Positions 9,113 to 18,532 are shown, counted from the first letter of the stretch. The stretch: 64,000 nucleotides of DNA from a virus (IMGVR_UViG_3300015245_000006:648-64647); one strand, 5' to 3'. Translations and numbers: made by a program. The notes: a model not told the origin generated them from the sequence alone.

Positions 9113-9853
9113 ATGGCTGAATTTTCAGCGATTTCCTGGACAGATGCGACGTTCAACCCGTGGATCGGCTGCACCAAGGTCTCGGCGGCGTGCGACGGTT
9201 GCTATGCCGAGGCCGACAACAAGCGCCGGAAGTGGGTCGAGGGCTGGGGCGCTGGCGTCCCGCGGCGCCGGACCACGAAAGCCTATTGGCGGCAACCGCT
9301 CGCCTGGGATCGGCTGTCGGTCCAAAACGGCAGGAAAATGAAGGTCTTCGGCGGCTCGCTGTGCGATTTTCTCGATAACGAGGTCGATCCGATCTGGCGC
9401 GACGACTATTGGGATCTGATCAAGGCCACGCCGAACCTGTGGTGGCTGCTGCTGACCAAGCGAATTGGCAATGCGCGCAAGATGTTGCCGCCGGATTGGG
9501 GCGAGGGCTATCCGAACGTCGTGCTGATGGCGACGCTGGAGAGCCAGGAGGTCTGGGACCGCGACATTGACAAGCTCATGAGCGTGCCGGCGGTACTGCA
9601 CGGCGTGTCGGTGGAACCGATGTTGAGCCATGTCGATATCTGTGGCTGGCAGCCGGACTGGATCATCACCGGGGGCGAGAGCGGGCCGAATCGTCGGCCG
9701 CTCGATATGGATAACGTGCGCTCGATGCGCGACCAATGCGCCAGCGCCGGCATCGCCTTCCACCACAAGCAGAACGGCGGCTTGCGCGGCAAGGACAATG
9801 GCTGCCTGGTCGACGGGGTCGAGCACAAGCACTTTCCTGTGGCGCTGCGGTGA
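9113..9853 (+). CDS. phage Gp37/Gp68 (DUF5131) radical-SAM-like protein
   Basis: WTDATFNPWIGCTKVSAACDGCYAE, LLTKR, SVEPML, WIITGGESG. Confidence 0.9.
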   Translation: MAEFSAISWTDATFNPWIGCTKVSAACDGCYAEADNKRRKWVEGWGAGVPRRRTTKAYWRQPLAWDRLSVQNGRKMKVFGGSLCDFLDNEVDPIWRDDYWDLIKATPNLWWLLLTKRIGNARKMLPPDWGEGYPNVVLMATLESQEVWDRDIDKLMSVPAVLHGVSVEPMLSHVDICGWQPDWIITGGESGPNRRPLDMDNVRSMRDQCASAGIAFHHKQNGGLRGKDNGCLVDGVEHKHFPVALR

Positions 9854-10131
9854 AGAAACCCCAGCGCATTCCTTACCGCTCGAAAAAGACCGGCGAAACC
9901 AAGGTCTTCGAGTACGAGCAGCGGGATTACCGGATGGACGCGGTCGAGCGATGCCGGCGCGCATTGGAGCGCCGGCCGCTTCGGCTCGTGCGCAACAAGA
10001 GCGGTGGAAATCGCTGGCGGGTGGGCAAAGGTGGTCACGTCTACAATGACGCCACCGTACGGCAGTTGATCCGTGCAGGCGTCGCCGTCTGCGTCGGCGA
10101 GTTCGTTGAACTGAAAGGCAAGGTCAGATGA
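9850..10131 (+). CDS. hypothetical protein
   Basis: GTGA-coupled start VKKPQRIP. Confidence 0.6.
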   Translation: MKKPQRIPYRSKKTGETKVFEYEQRDYRMDAVERCRRALERRPLRLVRNKSGGNRWRVGKGGHVYNDATVRQLIRAGVAVCVGEFVELKGKVR

Positions 10132-10751
10132 CCTGGCCTTTCGAGCCCTTGCGCACCTTCGGCTATGACGTCGTGGTCGCCGATGTGCCGGCAAACTTCG
10201 ATCTCTACGGGCACGCTTCATCGAAAGCCGCGGCCGGCCAGTATGACACCATGACTGACGCACAAATCGCAGCGCTCCCGGTCGGGCACCTGGTGCGGCA
10301 GAACGCGCTGCTGCTCTATTGGACAACGGGCTGGGCGATTGCGACGGGGCGCGCGCAAGCAATCGTGCGCGCCTGGGGCGCCGAGCCCGTCACCGAAATC
10401 GTCTGGATCAAAACCACGCGCAACGGCAAGGTCCGCATGGGAACCGGCTATCGTGTCCGCACGATGCACGAGCCGATTCTCCTCGCCAAATGGGGCAACC
10501 CGAAGCATGCGCCTTTTCCTTCGTCTTTCCCCGGGCTTGCTCGGCGACATTCCGAAAAACCTGATGAGTTCTACGAGCTTGTGTGCACTCGCACGCCTGG
10601 CGCGTGGCGCTGCGACCTATTCTCGGCCGGTATTATTCGCCCTGGCTTCGAGGGCTGGGGTCAAGATCATCGTCAGAAGGAGGAGATCTATGGCTCACGG
10701 AAGCGGACACAGCGCCCACAATCGATACCGTTCTTCGGAACGGATATTTGA
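10128..10751 (+). CDS. MT-A70 family adenine methyltransferase
   Basis: YDVVVADVP, YDTM, GTGYRVRTMHE, HSEKPDEFY, GFEGWG. Confidence 0.85.
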   Translation: MTWPFEPLRTFGYDVVVADVPANFDLYGHASSKAAAGQYDTMTDAQIAALPVGHLVRQNALLLYWTTGWAIATGRAQAIVRAWGAEPVTEIVWIKTTRNGKVRMGTGYRVRTMHEPILLAKWGNPKHAPFPSSFPGLARRHSEKPDEFYELVCTRTPGAWRCDLFSAGIIRPGFEGWGQDHRQKEEIYGSRKRTQRPQSIPFFGTDI

Positions 10752-11442
10752 AAAGCACATCATCGAAATCGACCGCCGGCCGGTGGCCTGCCGCAAGCTA
10801 TTTTGCGCGACCGAAGGATGTGGACAGCAGGGAGAATTGCTTGACACCAAGGCTTCTGCTCTTCCCTCCGTCGTGGTTGAGCGTAAGTTCAAACAAAAAG
10901 GCTGGACGGTCGGCCATGATTCGCGCGGCGACTACTGCCCGAGCTGCACCGCAACGCGGCTTTCAACACGTAGAAAGAAACTGAAGCCAATTTCGAATGT
11001 GGTTCCAATCAGGGAGAACGAGCCTATGCCGATGGTGAACGGCGAAGTGCCTACCGAGATGAGCCGATCGGATCGCCGCATCATCTTCGCGAAGCTCGAA
11101 GAGGTCTATCAGGACGAGGAGATCGGCTACCGGAACCCATGGACAGACGTCACCGTGGCTCGCGATCTGGGTTCGCACATTCCGGTCGCCTGGGTTGCGC
11201 AGGTGCGCGAAGAGAACTTCGGGCCTGCCAAAGACAATGGCGAAATCCGCGGGATGCTGACGCGCGTCGAAGCGGAGGCGGTCGAGGCGCGCAAGATCCT
11301 TGCCGAGTGCAAGACGATCCGTATCGAGGCTAGTAACCTGGTCGAAAGGATCAACGGGCTGATGAAGCGCGCCACCGAATCCGGCAAGTCGCTCGATGGG
11401 CTGATCGCAATCGCCTCGCGCATCGAGCGCTCGGTGTCGTAA
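10690..11442 (+). CDS. zinc-binding hypothetical protein
   Basis: AGGAG RBS; CATEGC...KGWTVG...YCPSC; WVAQVREENFG. Confidence 0.7.
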   Translation: MAHGSGHSAHNRYRSSERIFEKHIIEIDRRPVACRKLFCATEGCGQQGELLDTKASALPSVVVERKFKQKGWTVGHDSRGDYCPSCTATRLSTRRKKLKPISNVVPIRENEPMPMVNGEVPTEMSRSDRRIIFAKLEEVYQDEEIGYRNPWTDVTVARDLGSHIPVAWVAQVREENFGPAKDNGEIRGMLTRVEAEAVEARKILAECKTIRIEASNLVERINGLMKRATESGKSLDGLIAIASRIERSVS

Positions 11443-11615
11443 TGGAAATCCTTGCCTTCGTCCTGGCGATCGTGGCCGGCGGAACGTTGTCTGGGCCATG
11501 GTGGTACCGCCTTGGCTTCAAAGAAGGTCACGAATGCGGAACCGCCGATGCTTGGGAGTTTGCATCGGCAGACGAGACAGACGAACGAACGGAGCTGGAT
11601 AGCGATGCCGTTTGA
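11442..11615 (+). CDS. small membrane protein (57 aa)
   Basis: Read manually: MEILAFVLAIVAGGTLSGPWWYRLG... Confidence 0.55.
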   Translation: MEILAFVLAIVAGGTLSGPWWYRLGFKEGHECGTADAWEFASADETDERTELDSDAV

Positions 11616-11862
11616 CATGAACGAATGGATCGAGACGCAGCGTCGAGCGCCGGCCAGGGCCAGCCCGCTTTGGGACGAGGTCATGGATGCGACCTGGTCC
11701 GACTTCGGCCGCCGTGTCTATCATCGCGCCATCGACGACAATTTCGTCAAGGCCATCATGACTGGCCTGCTGCGCTACGACAACAGCCCTGGAACCGAAG
11801 TGCCGCAGATCCAGCTTGCGGCCCGCTTGCGCAACTATCTCTGGACGGGAGTGGTGAAATGA
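11605..11862 (+). CDS. hypothetical protein
   Basis: MPFDMNEWIE...; GGAG RBS. Confidence 0.6.
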   Translation: MPFDMNEWIETQRRAPARASPLWDEVMDATWSDFGRRVYHRAIDDNFVKAIMTGLLRYDNSPGTEVPQIQLAARLRNYLWTGVVK

Positions 11863-12263
11863 GCCTGGTCGAGAACGAGCTGGCGACGCTGCGCGCCCGC
11901 GTCACCGAGCTCCTGCAATTCAACAACGAGTTCGAGAATCGGGCTCGGATAGCCGAGCGCAAGTTTCGCCTGCTGCGTACGGCGCGTCCGATCGCCGAAT
12001 GGTCCGACGAAGACGGCTGCGCGCTGTGGTGGAAATTCCCGATCGTAGAACCGCCCTATGTCGGCACTCCGAACGATCTCGGCAGGGAAATCGTTATTGA
12101 GACCCAGGTCATGACGCTGCGCGGCGGCGATCCGATCGCGACCGTGGTAGTTCAGCCATATCGAGGTTCGAGTGGACAGCGCCTCAACGTCGGAGGCTGG
12201 CCTGGCTACCACACGCACTGGACGCCACTTCATCCGATTGCCAACGAAGTGAAACCACGATGA
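11859..12263 (+). CDS. hypothetical protein
   Basis: ARPIAEWSDEDGCALWWKFPIVEPPYVGTP...WPGYHTHWTPL. Confidence 0.7.
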   Translation: MSLVENELATLRARVTELLQFNNEFENRARIAERKFRLLRTARPIAEWSDEDGCALWWKFPIVEPPYVGTPNDLGREIVIETQVMTLRGGDPIATVVVQPYRGSSGQRLNVGGWPGYHTHWTPLHPIANEVKPR

Positions 12264-12445
12264 CGCCAATCATCCTGATCTATCTCATTCTCAATGCCCA
12301 GCACCGCTGGGAGTTTCTCACGATCGAACGTGCGGAAAGCGCAACCTATTGCGGTTTTCTGGTTAATGAGGTGAACCACATGTTCACCGATACACCTGGC
12401 AATATCCGAATCATCTGCGTGAAGGACACGGGAATCGACATATGA
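12260..12445 (+). CDS. hypothetical protein
   Basis: ATGA coupled. Confidence 0.55.
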   Translation: MTPIILIYLILNAQHRWEFLTIERAESATYCGFLVNEVNHMFTDTPGNIRIICVKDTGIDI

Positions 12446-12630
12446 AGTGTCCCACCCTCGACGAGCGCAAAGTCTGCCAGTTCTGCGAGCGTCCGTTCCG
12501 CTGCCCGCTCGCGCAGCCCGAGCGCTTCATCTGTGGGCCTTGCGGAGGAAAACATGAGACGCCGAAAACTCCCTCCGGACAAGAGACTGGATTGGCGCGA
12601 CCCGAACATGCCGGTGTTCCGGAGAGTTGA
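12442..12630 (+). CDS. small Cys-rich protein
   Basis: CQFC...CGPC. Confidence 0.5.
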   Translation: MKCPTLDERKVCQFCERPFRCPLAQPERFICGPCGGKHETPKTPSGQETGLARPEHAGVPES

Positions 12631-12787
12631 GCGGCTGGGGCGTGTCAGCGTCGAACCGATCTCGCCGGAAGAGGAGCAGGCGTGGTGCAAGGAGTGCGTC
12701 GAGCGGAGCAAGAACCCACACTGGTCGGAAGACGAAACCTATACGTTGCGCCGCTACAAGCGGAAGAAGTACCTGAGGAAGACCTGA
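12554..12787 (+). CDS. hypothetical protein
   Basis: GGAGG RBS; LDWRDPNMPV. Confidence 0.6.
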   Translation: MRRRKLPPDKRLDWRDPNMPVFRRVERLGRVSVEPISPEEEQAWCKECVERSKNPHWSEDETYTLRRYKRKKYLRKT

Positions 12788-12930
12788 TGTTGCGGCCAGA
12801 ACCGTGGCCGCATCTCGTGCACTATCGGTGGGGACGAGTCTCTCACGTTCCACCCGACCGCTTCTTGTTTCGAACCAAACCGCACGGCCCCTCGGATTGC
12901 ACCTGGATCGTGCCTGGGACCGGCCAGTAA
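12787..12930 (+). CDS. hypothetical protein
   Basis: TGATG coupling. Confidence 0.45.
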   Translation: MLRPEPWPHLVHYRWGRVSHVPPDRFLFRTKPHGPSDCTWIVPGTGQ

Positions 12931-12945
12931 AGGAGGATAGCCAAC

Positions 12946-13140
12946 ATGGAGTTGTTTAGAGCGTATGCGTCGTGTGTCCAGGCGTGGATGGAGTTCATCA
13001 ACGTTGCGGATCATCCGCGCGAGGACAATCGCGTGGGGCCACCCTACGACCGACAATCGCAGGTCAAGCAGGGTGTTGTCGATGGTCCGCGCCGCAGCAC
13101 GACGCGTGAGGCTGAGGCAGCACGGAGGCGCGGCCAATGA
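12946..13140 (+). CDS. hypothetical protein
   Basis: AAGGAGG RBS. Confidence 0.55.
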   Translation: MELFRAYASCVQAWMEFINVADHPREDNRVGPPYDRQSQVKQGVVDGPRRSTTREAEAARRRGQ

Positions 13141-13418
13141 AACCAGCAGCAATGGCGTTGTCGCTCTTCCTGGGGATCTACACGCCGGTTCAATACGGTG
13201 GGTTCGGGCCTTACGGGCCTTACGGCCGACCGGCGCCTGACGCCTATGACCTTCCTCCCTGCAATCCCTACTACAATCCGAACTGCGGCAGGTTTCGCGA
13301 AGAAGGTCCGCGCGCGCGGCAGTTTCGGTGCGAGCAGTATCCCATGATGCCGGACTGCCCGCGCGGTCGACGGGGTGATCCTTACGAGGGCCCTGGGCCC
13401 TACAATCCAGACGAGTGA
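13137..13418 (+). CDS. small secreted Pro/Gly/Tyr/Cys-rich protein
   Basis: signal-like N-terminus; GFGPYGPYG; 4 Cys. Confidence 0.6.
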   Translation: MKPAAMALSLFLGIYTPVQYGGFGPYGPYGRPAPDAYDLPPCNPYYNPNCGRFREEGPRARQFRCEQYPMMPDCPRGRRGDPYEGPGPYNPDE

Positions 13419-13423
13419 CGCTC

Positions 13424-13552
13424 ATGACAATCTGGTATTGCCTGGCGGGCTGGACCGTCATCTCGTGCGCGCTTGGCTACGGCATTTGCCGCTACTGCCT
13501 GCGCGCGCGCCGCCACGAACGCGATCAGTTCTGGAAACAGCCAGAATTATGA
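13424..13552 (+). CDS. small membrane peptide (42 aa)
   Basis: Read manually: MTIWYCLAGWTVISCALGYGIC... Confidence 0.45.
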   Translation: MTIWYCLAGWTVISCALGYGICRYCLRARRHERDQFWKQPEL

Positions 13553-13797
13553 CCAACACCCGCATCATCCCATGCCCATCCTGCCTGGGCGATAAGGGCC
13601 ACGAGGTGCCCTACGACATCAACCGCTTCAACGGCGACTGCATTTGTTACTGGCAGCATTGCTCGACGTGCGGAGCGGAAGGTGACGTCGAGATCGAGCT
13701 CGAGGAGATCGAAATGGAAGATCTCGACGAATGCTACGGGATTGAAGCCGATCGCTCGCAAGAGGCGCTGGCGCTGCTTTTGGGAGAAAACGAATGA
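13549..13797 (+). CDS. DnaJ-type zinc-finger small protein
   Basis: CPSCLGDKG...CSTCGAEG. Confidence 0.65.
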   Translation: MTNTRIIPCPSCLGDKGHEVPYDINRFNGDCICYWQHCSTCGAEGDVEIELEEIEMEDLDECYGIEADRSQEALALLLGENE

Positions 13798-14159
13798 CTG
13801 CGGAAGAAAACTTTCACTGCAAGGTCGGGAGCCGGGTCGATCCCCGCACCCCAAAACAGGTTCGCGATGAGTGGCGCGGCAAACCCCTGGTCGAGCGGCT
13901 CGAAGGGTTTGCCAACGAATGCGACGATGCCGGCGGCAGCATGCTTCTGTCCGCCGCCGACATCCGCGAAGCCATCGCTATCATCAAGGATAAGGAGCTG
14001 GAGCGCCTGGTGACCGCCTGGCGCGATGCGCGCGCGGCTTGCGTAAACCTCGATTGGCCGAAGGTTCGTTTCGACGATCCGAGGATTTCGGCAACATGGA
14101 ACGCCGTGAAGAAGGCCGAAATGGCCCTCCTTCAGCACGCCATCCGGAGCCTGCCATGA
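13794..14159 (+). CDS. hypothetical protein
   Basis: coupled ORF, 121 aa. Confidence 0.6.
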   Translation: MTAEENFHCKVGSRVDPRTPKQVRDEWRGKPLVERLEGFANECDDAGGSMLLSAADIREAIAIIKDKELERLVTAWRDARAACVNLDWPKVRFDDPRISATWNAVKKAEMALLQHAIRSLP

Positions 14160-14347
14160 CGATCGCCGAGACGATGCTTGAGGCCCTGCGCAAGGCCGGC
14201 CCCGACGGGATCACGCTCCAGAAGCTCCTCACCGACAGCCCACTGGAGAAGCTCGACGTCATCAATGGCTTGGCTACCTTGCGCTTTGAGGGCAGGGCCA
14301 CCGTCAAGTTCAGCGCGTGGGAACAGACCTGGAAGGCTGTGCCATGA
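14156..14347 (+). CDS. small winged-helix-like protein
   Basis: MLEALRKAGPDGITLQKL... Confidence 0.55.
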   Translation: MTIAETMLEALRKAGPDGITLQKLLTDSPLEKLDVINGLATLRFEGRATVKFSAWEQTWKAVP

Positions 14348-14547
14348 CGGTCGAGATCCGCCGTGGCGTCATCTTCTATGCCGCGATCGTCGAGAACATC
14401 GAGACCGGTGGCCGCCACCGCTCGCCTTGGTGCACGAACCGCCGCTTTGTCGAGGAATACCTCGAAAATGTGAAGTCATACTGGCGACCGCGCTTCATCC
14501 TGCGCGCTTGGCGCAAGCCAGACGGACCGAAAGAGTACCTACGTTAA
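14344..14547 (+). CDS. hypothetical protein
   Basis: ATGA coupled. Confidence 0.55.
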   Translation: MTVEIRRGVIFYAAIVENIETGGRHRSPWCTNRRFVEEYLENVKSYWRPRFILRAWRKPDGPKEYLR

Positions 14548-14576
14548 ACCCACAATCAACCCGGTAGGAAACATAT

Positions 14577-14783
14577 ATGCCTATTCCGATGCAGCCATGC
14601 CCATTCTGCAAGAGCAGCGAGCGCAGTTTGCGCTTGGTCGAGAGCGTTCGCCCGTCCTCAATTGGACTGGCAAAAATTATCACCAAGCGCGTCACCTGCA
14701 TCTGTGGTGCGGAAGGACCTCCGGTCGTCGGCGCCGAATCTACCGAGGACAATGCGGTCCTGCGCTGGAACAACCGAGGCTGA
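14577..14783 (+). CDS. Lar-family restriction alleviation-like protein
   Basis: PCPFC...CICGAEGP...AVLRWNNR. Confidence 0.7.
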   Translation: MPIPMQPCPFCKSSERSLRLVESVRPSSIGLAKIITKRVTCICGAEGPPVVGAESTEDNAVLRWNNRG

Positions 14784-14786
14784 CCG

Positions 14787-15077
14787 ATGGTGACCCCAAA
14801 ACCCCTCGCCAGCAGCGAATGGGCCGCGCTCCGCCTCTTGGTCTCACGCGGCCCCATGCGCGCCAGCCTCTTCAAGCGCCACGTGTGGAAGAGCCTGATC
14901 GGCCTTGGCCTGATCGAGGCTGAACTGATCATGATCAACAACCCGCCCCACGGGGCGGACGAGATCCGGCATTTCAAGATCACCGATGCCGGCCGCTGCA
15001 AGCTCCGGCCGTCCCTGGCCGAAGCCATGAAACGATCCCTCAACGCCTCCGGAGCAACTCATGCAACTCCCGATTAA
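14787..15077 (+). CDS. winged-helix-like protein
   Basis: SLIGLGLIE...FKITDAGR. Confidence 0.55.
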   Translation: MVTPKPLASSEWAALRLLVSRGPMRASLFKRHVWKSLIGLGLIEAELIMINNPPHGADEIRHFKITDAGRCKLRPSLAEAMKRSLNASGATHATPD

Positions 15078-15312
15078 CATCCTGATCAACCGCAAGAATG
15101 AGATCGAGAGTGACGTTGGCACGTGGGTTACGCGTCGCAATTTCGCACGGGCGGACGCTGATCGTTACCAGGTGATCATCGACGCAGCCGCCCAAGAGCT
15201 CGGCCAGATCAACGCCGCGATCGAGCTGATGAAGGCACATGCGCCGGCGCCTGCCAGCCCCGAGCCCGGCGCCGAGAGCAACATCCTCACCATCAACCGG
15301 GACTTCTCATGA
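15061..15312 (+). CDS. hypothetical protein
   Basis: GGAG RBS. Confidence 0.6.
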   Translation: MQLPINILINRKNEIESDVGTWVTRRNFARADADRYQVIIDAAAQELGQINAAIELMKAHAPAPASPEPGAESNILTINRDFS

Positions 15313-15596
15313 AGGACACTCTCTATGTGGTCGCCATCCACCATGGCTGCGAGGGGCATTCGCCGCCGCTTCAAGCGTTCTGGAATAAGGAAGAGGCGAT
15401 TGCGGCGCTCGCGTTGATCGACGCTTCTGGAACCTCGCTCCTCAAGCTGTACCCGGTGCCCGTGTGGCCCAAGCCTGTCGAGGGCAACTATTGGGACGTC
15501 AAGCCCATCCCGGTTCCATCCCTGACGCCCGTAGAGAGCGTCAGCGCGCTATTCCAAGATCTCGTCCGACGGGATGAAAACCGAGGCCCCTCATGA
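15309..15596 (+). CDS. hypothetical protein
   Basis: coupled ORF. Confidence 0.6.
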   Translation: MKDTLYVVAIHHGCEGHSPPLQAFWNKEEAIAALALIDASGTSLLKLYPVPVWPKPVEGNYWDVKPIPVPSLTPVESVSALFQDLVRRDENRGPS

Positions 15597-15805
15597 CTGC
15601 GGAAACCGACCAGGCCATCGTGAACGCCTGCGCCAATGTTCCTAAGACCGTGGACGAGATCGCTGACATCGTAGGCCGCTCCTGGCCTCTAATCCTCGGT
15701 GATGTCAACCGCTTGACCCGCGAAAAGCGCCTGACCCGCACCAATCGCTTGGGAAGAGCGTCGCTTTGGCGCTCAATCGGGAAACCTGCTGGAGGACCCT
15801 CATGA
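15593..15805 (+). CDS. small HTH protein
   Basis: KTVDEIADIVGRSWPLILGDVNRL. Confidence 0.6.
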   Translation: MTAETDQAIVNACANVPKTVDEIADIVGRSWPLILGDVNRLTREKRLTRTNRLGRASLWRSIGKPAGGPS

Positions 15806-16053
15806 CCGATCACGCCGCCAAAGTCCGCGCCCTGATGCCCACAAGGCGAGGAAAGGACCATCAGGAGTTCCTCTCCCAGACAATGAGCGTCCTGGGAGAC
15901 GAAATCTATCGGGTCGCCTCGAACGACCTGGCCGAAACCTTTCAAGGTCTGCGGTGCCTGTTCGAAGACGAGATGGCCCGTCTCATTCGCCGCCATGCGC
16001 GTGAGACTGGCGAGACTGGCGAGACGAGCATGCCTGGGGGCCGCCCAAACTGA
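15802..16053 (+). CDS. hypothetical protein
   Basis: GGAGG RBS; C-terminal ETG repeats. Confidence 0.5.
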   Translation: MTDHAAKVRALMPTRRGKDHQEFLSQTMSVLGDEIYRVASNDLAETFQGLRCLFEDEMARLIRRHARETGETGETSMPGGRPN

Positions 16054-16148
16054 GACGGGCGCCTCATCGGCGCGTGAGCGAGACTTGGAAGCGTCCGGCG
16101 ATGCTGGGCTTTTCCGCACCTGAGATGAGACGCTTAACAGTGTGAGAT
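15976..16148. repeat. cluster of GAGAC/TGAGAY motifs with 10-bp inverted repeat
   Basis: GAGAC at 16003, 16012, 16021, 16052, 16080, 16127; TGAGAT at 16121, 16143; GCCCGTCTCA (15976-15985) / TGAGACGGGC (16051-16060). Confidence 0.6.
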
Positions 16149-16158
16149 GGAGGAATAG

Positions 16159-16749
16159 ATGAAGCCTTTTGAGCTGGTCCGCGCCGCTGCGGACGTGATC
16201 CGGACCGGCGGCTGGGCCCATGGGCTCGATGAAGCTGGCATTGGAGTGAATGCGCGGAACCACGCGGGCAAAGAGGTTCCGCTGATGAAGGTCGGCACCG
16301 GTGAGACCGGGCGCGCCAGCTTAAACCCTGAAGCCGTGTCGTTCTCGATCTACGGCGCGCTGGTCAAGGCTGCGGCTGGCAGTGTTGTCGAGGGCGGCGC
16401 GCTGCTGTGGGACACCCTGCACGATATGTCGCAGGCGGCGACCGGTGTCGCCCATGGCGGGCTGAATCACGTCCACCCGGTGATGCAGTACAACGAGACC
16501 GAGGGCCGTACGGTCGAGGACGTGCTCGCCTTCCTCGAGCTCGTGGCTATCGAGCTGGGCGGTGGCCTGGCGCAGACGACGGATAAGCCGCTGGCGCCGT
16601 TGCCGGTCAGCCTGGTCGAGGCCGCCAAGCAGTTCCAGCCCGTGCCGGCTAGAGGCCAGACCGGCTTTCCGGTCGACGGCAATGTACCGCCGATCCAGCC
16701 TTCGGCGACGCCGGAGAGCCGCCTGCCGCCGATCGATTGGAGCAAATAG
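16159..16749 (+). CDS. hypothetical protein
   Basis: GGAGG RBS; AADVIRTGGW...YNETEGRTVEDVLAFL. Confidence 0.7.
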   Translation: MKPFELVRAAADVIRTGGWAHGLDEAGIGVNARNHAGKEVPLMKVGTGETGRASLNPEAVSFSIYGALVKAAAGSVVEGGALLWDTLHDMSQAATGVAHGGLNHVHPVMQYNETEGRTVEDVLAFLELVAIELGGGLAQTTDKPLAPLPVSLVEAAKQFQPVPARGQTGFPVDGNVPPIQPSATPESRLPPIDWSK

Positions 16750-17175
16750 ATGGACATCAAGGTTTCTGATGGCAGCTTGCCTGTCTCGATCGACGGCGAG
16801 CGGGGCATCATCACGTTGGCCGGCATCCGTTACGACATGGAACTGTTCAAGGCGTTCGGCTTCGGCCCGCTCAACCGATCTATCCGCCTCTTCGCGCGCG
16901 AAGACGGCGTGGTGACGCTGCAAGACCTGCCGGACTGGCGCCCGATCGCCGAGGCTCCACTGGAGCCCTGGACGCGGGATCTGCCTGGCTACTACCGCTA
17001 CCGCTGCCTGATCCAGACCCAAGGCCATGGCGACGTCCAGCATGTGCAGGAGGGCTGGGGCTACTGGTTCAAGGCGCGCCACCCCAACAGCGAGCCAGTG
17101 GTGCGCTGGGCCAGCATGCACGGGCTGTGCACCCCGAAGTATTTCATGCCGCTGCCAGCGGCGAAGGAGGACTGA
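16750..17175 (+). CDS. DUF551-like protein
   Basis: WRPIAEAP...PKYFMPLPAA. Confidence 0.65.
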   Translation: MDIKVSDGSLPVSIDGERGIITLAGIRYDMELFKAFGFGPLNRSIRLFAREDGVVTLQDLPDWRPIAEAPLEPWTRDLPGYYRYRCLIQTQGHGDVQHVQEGWGYWFKARHPNSEPVVRWASMHGLCTPKYFMPLPAAKED

Positions 17176-17363
17176 TGTCGAACGACAAGAACATCCCGCC
17201 CGAGGAGTTCACAACCTACGGCGATCAGATCGTCGCCGCAGCTCCGTTCCAGGGCGAGACGTTGGTCTTCACGAAGGCTGGCAAGGTGTTCCAGGCTTCC
17301 CGCGATCACACTGGCCGGATCACCTTTGCTTTCATCCACCGCTTCGACCTCGGCCGATACTGA
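17175..17363 (+). CDS. hypothetical protein
   Basis: GGAGG RBS; TGATG coupling. Confidence 0.6.
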   Translation: MSNDKNIPPEEFTTYGDQIVAAAPFQGETLVFTKAGKVFQASRDHTGRITFAFIHRFDLGRY

Positions 17364-17596
17364 TGGCCGAGGTGAAGCGGGGCAAGCAGCAGGTGCCACG
17401 GCGTAACTACGCCATCCTGGTGCTGGAGGCGCGCATCAGCCAGACGCAAGCCGACGTCGAACTGCAAGACGAGCACCTTGGCGTGCTTCACGCGTCGATC
17501 GCCAAGACGCTGGAACGGCGCACCAAGGCATACGAAGAACTGCGCGAACTGGCGGACGCGCTCGCAAAACTCACGGGAGAGAAGCCAAATGCGTGA
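17363..17596 (+). CDS. coiled-coil hypothetical protein
   Basis: TGATG coupling. Confidence 0.55.
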   Translation: MAEVKRGKQQVPRRNYAILVLEARISQTQADVELQDEHLGVLHASIAKTLERRTKAYEELRELADALAKLTGEKPNA

Positions 17597-18284
17597 CCTG
17601 CTTGCCAGCTTACTGGCCTACGTGAAACCCAAGACGAGACCCATCGAGTTACCAAAAGACTTCAGCGAGGTGCTCGCCACGGCAATTCGGTCGAGCGGCG
17701 TGCTGCCGCCGAACGCGCAAGTCGAGGTCCGCAGAGGCATCAAGCCGCCGCCTGACCCTGGCGCCGACGCGCCGATGACCTGGCCGCAATGGGCCAAAAT
17801 CATGAGCGATATGTCGGTCGACAATGAGTGGACGCCCTGCCGCTTCGGCACACGCTGTGGCGATTACAACCAGATGCGCTTCGTGTTCGGGATCACACAG
17901 CGCGTCTTCGGCATCTATCGTCAGCCCTTCACCGTGTGCGGCAATCGTGAGAAGCACGGCTGCGAGGAATTGCTCTCCGCGCTGATCTGGCTGCCTGCCG
18001 GTCTTGGCCTTGGCCTGTTTGACACCACCGCGACCGCGGTGGCGACCGCCAAGCTTATCGGCGGGCAACTGGAGAGCTTGGAATCGCCAGATGTGAGCGA
18101 GACCGCTCACGCCGCGTGGCACGCCATCATGCCGCGGCTGCGCCAAGAGATGGCGTTCAATGGCATCGTACCGCATCCCGACCACCACGCGCACGACGAT
18201 GTGGACGGCGATCCCAGGCCAATCTCGATCTATATCAAGTCCGACGAGGCGATCCTCGCCGGCAAACCGGAGAAACTCGCATGA
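17589..18284 (+). CDS. hypothetical protein
   Basis: MRDLLASLL...; GGAG RBS. Confidence 0.65.
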   Translation: MRDLLASLLAYVKPKTRPIELPKDFSEVLATAIRSSGVLPPNAQVEVRRGIKPPPDPGADAPMTWPQWAKIMSDMSVDNEWTPCRFGTRCGDYNQMRFVFGITQRVFGIYRQPFTVCGNREKHGCEELLSALIWLPAGLGLGLFDTTATAVATAKLIGGQLESLESPDVSETAHAAWHAIMPRLRQEMAFNGIVPHPDHHAHDDVDGDPRPISIYIKSDEAILAGKPEKLA

Positions 18285-18523
18285 AATGCAAGACCGAGGT
18301 CCTCGTCGATAAACTTGGAGATGCTTGCACAGGCGAGCAGTTCACCACGATCATGGCTGCGCTCAACTTCATGATTGCGCGCTGCCTGTTCTATGCCAGT
18401 GCTGGCGTTGGTACCGACGAGGGGCTGGAGATCGTCACCCGTCAGATTCGCCAGCACCTTGCCTTTCTTGCGGAGAACCCGCAGATCGCGGCGCACGAGC
18501 TTCCCACCACAACCAAACAGTAG
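18281..18523 (+). CDS. hypothetical protein
   Basis: ATGA coupled. Confidence 0.6.
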   Translation: MKCKTEVLVDKLGDACTGEQFTTIMAALNFMIARCLFYASAGVGTDEGLEIVTRQIRQHLAFLAENPQIAAHELPTTTKQ

Positions 18524-18532
18524 GAAACCACA

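Noticed and set aside
16003-16029. CRISPR array or DGR repeat
   Set aside because: Only 9-bp tandem units; no spacer-repeat array, cas or reverse transcriptase seen anywhere in the window.
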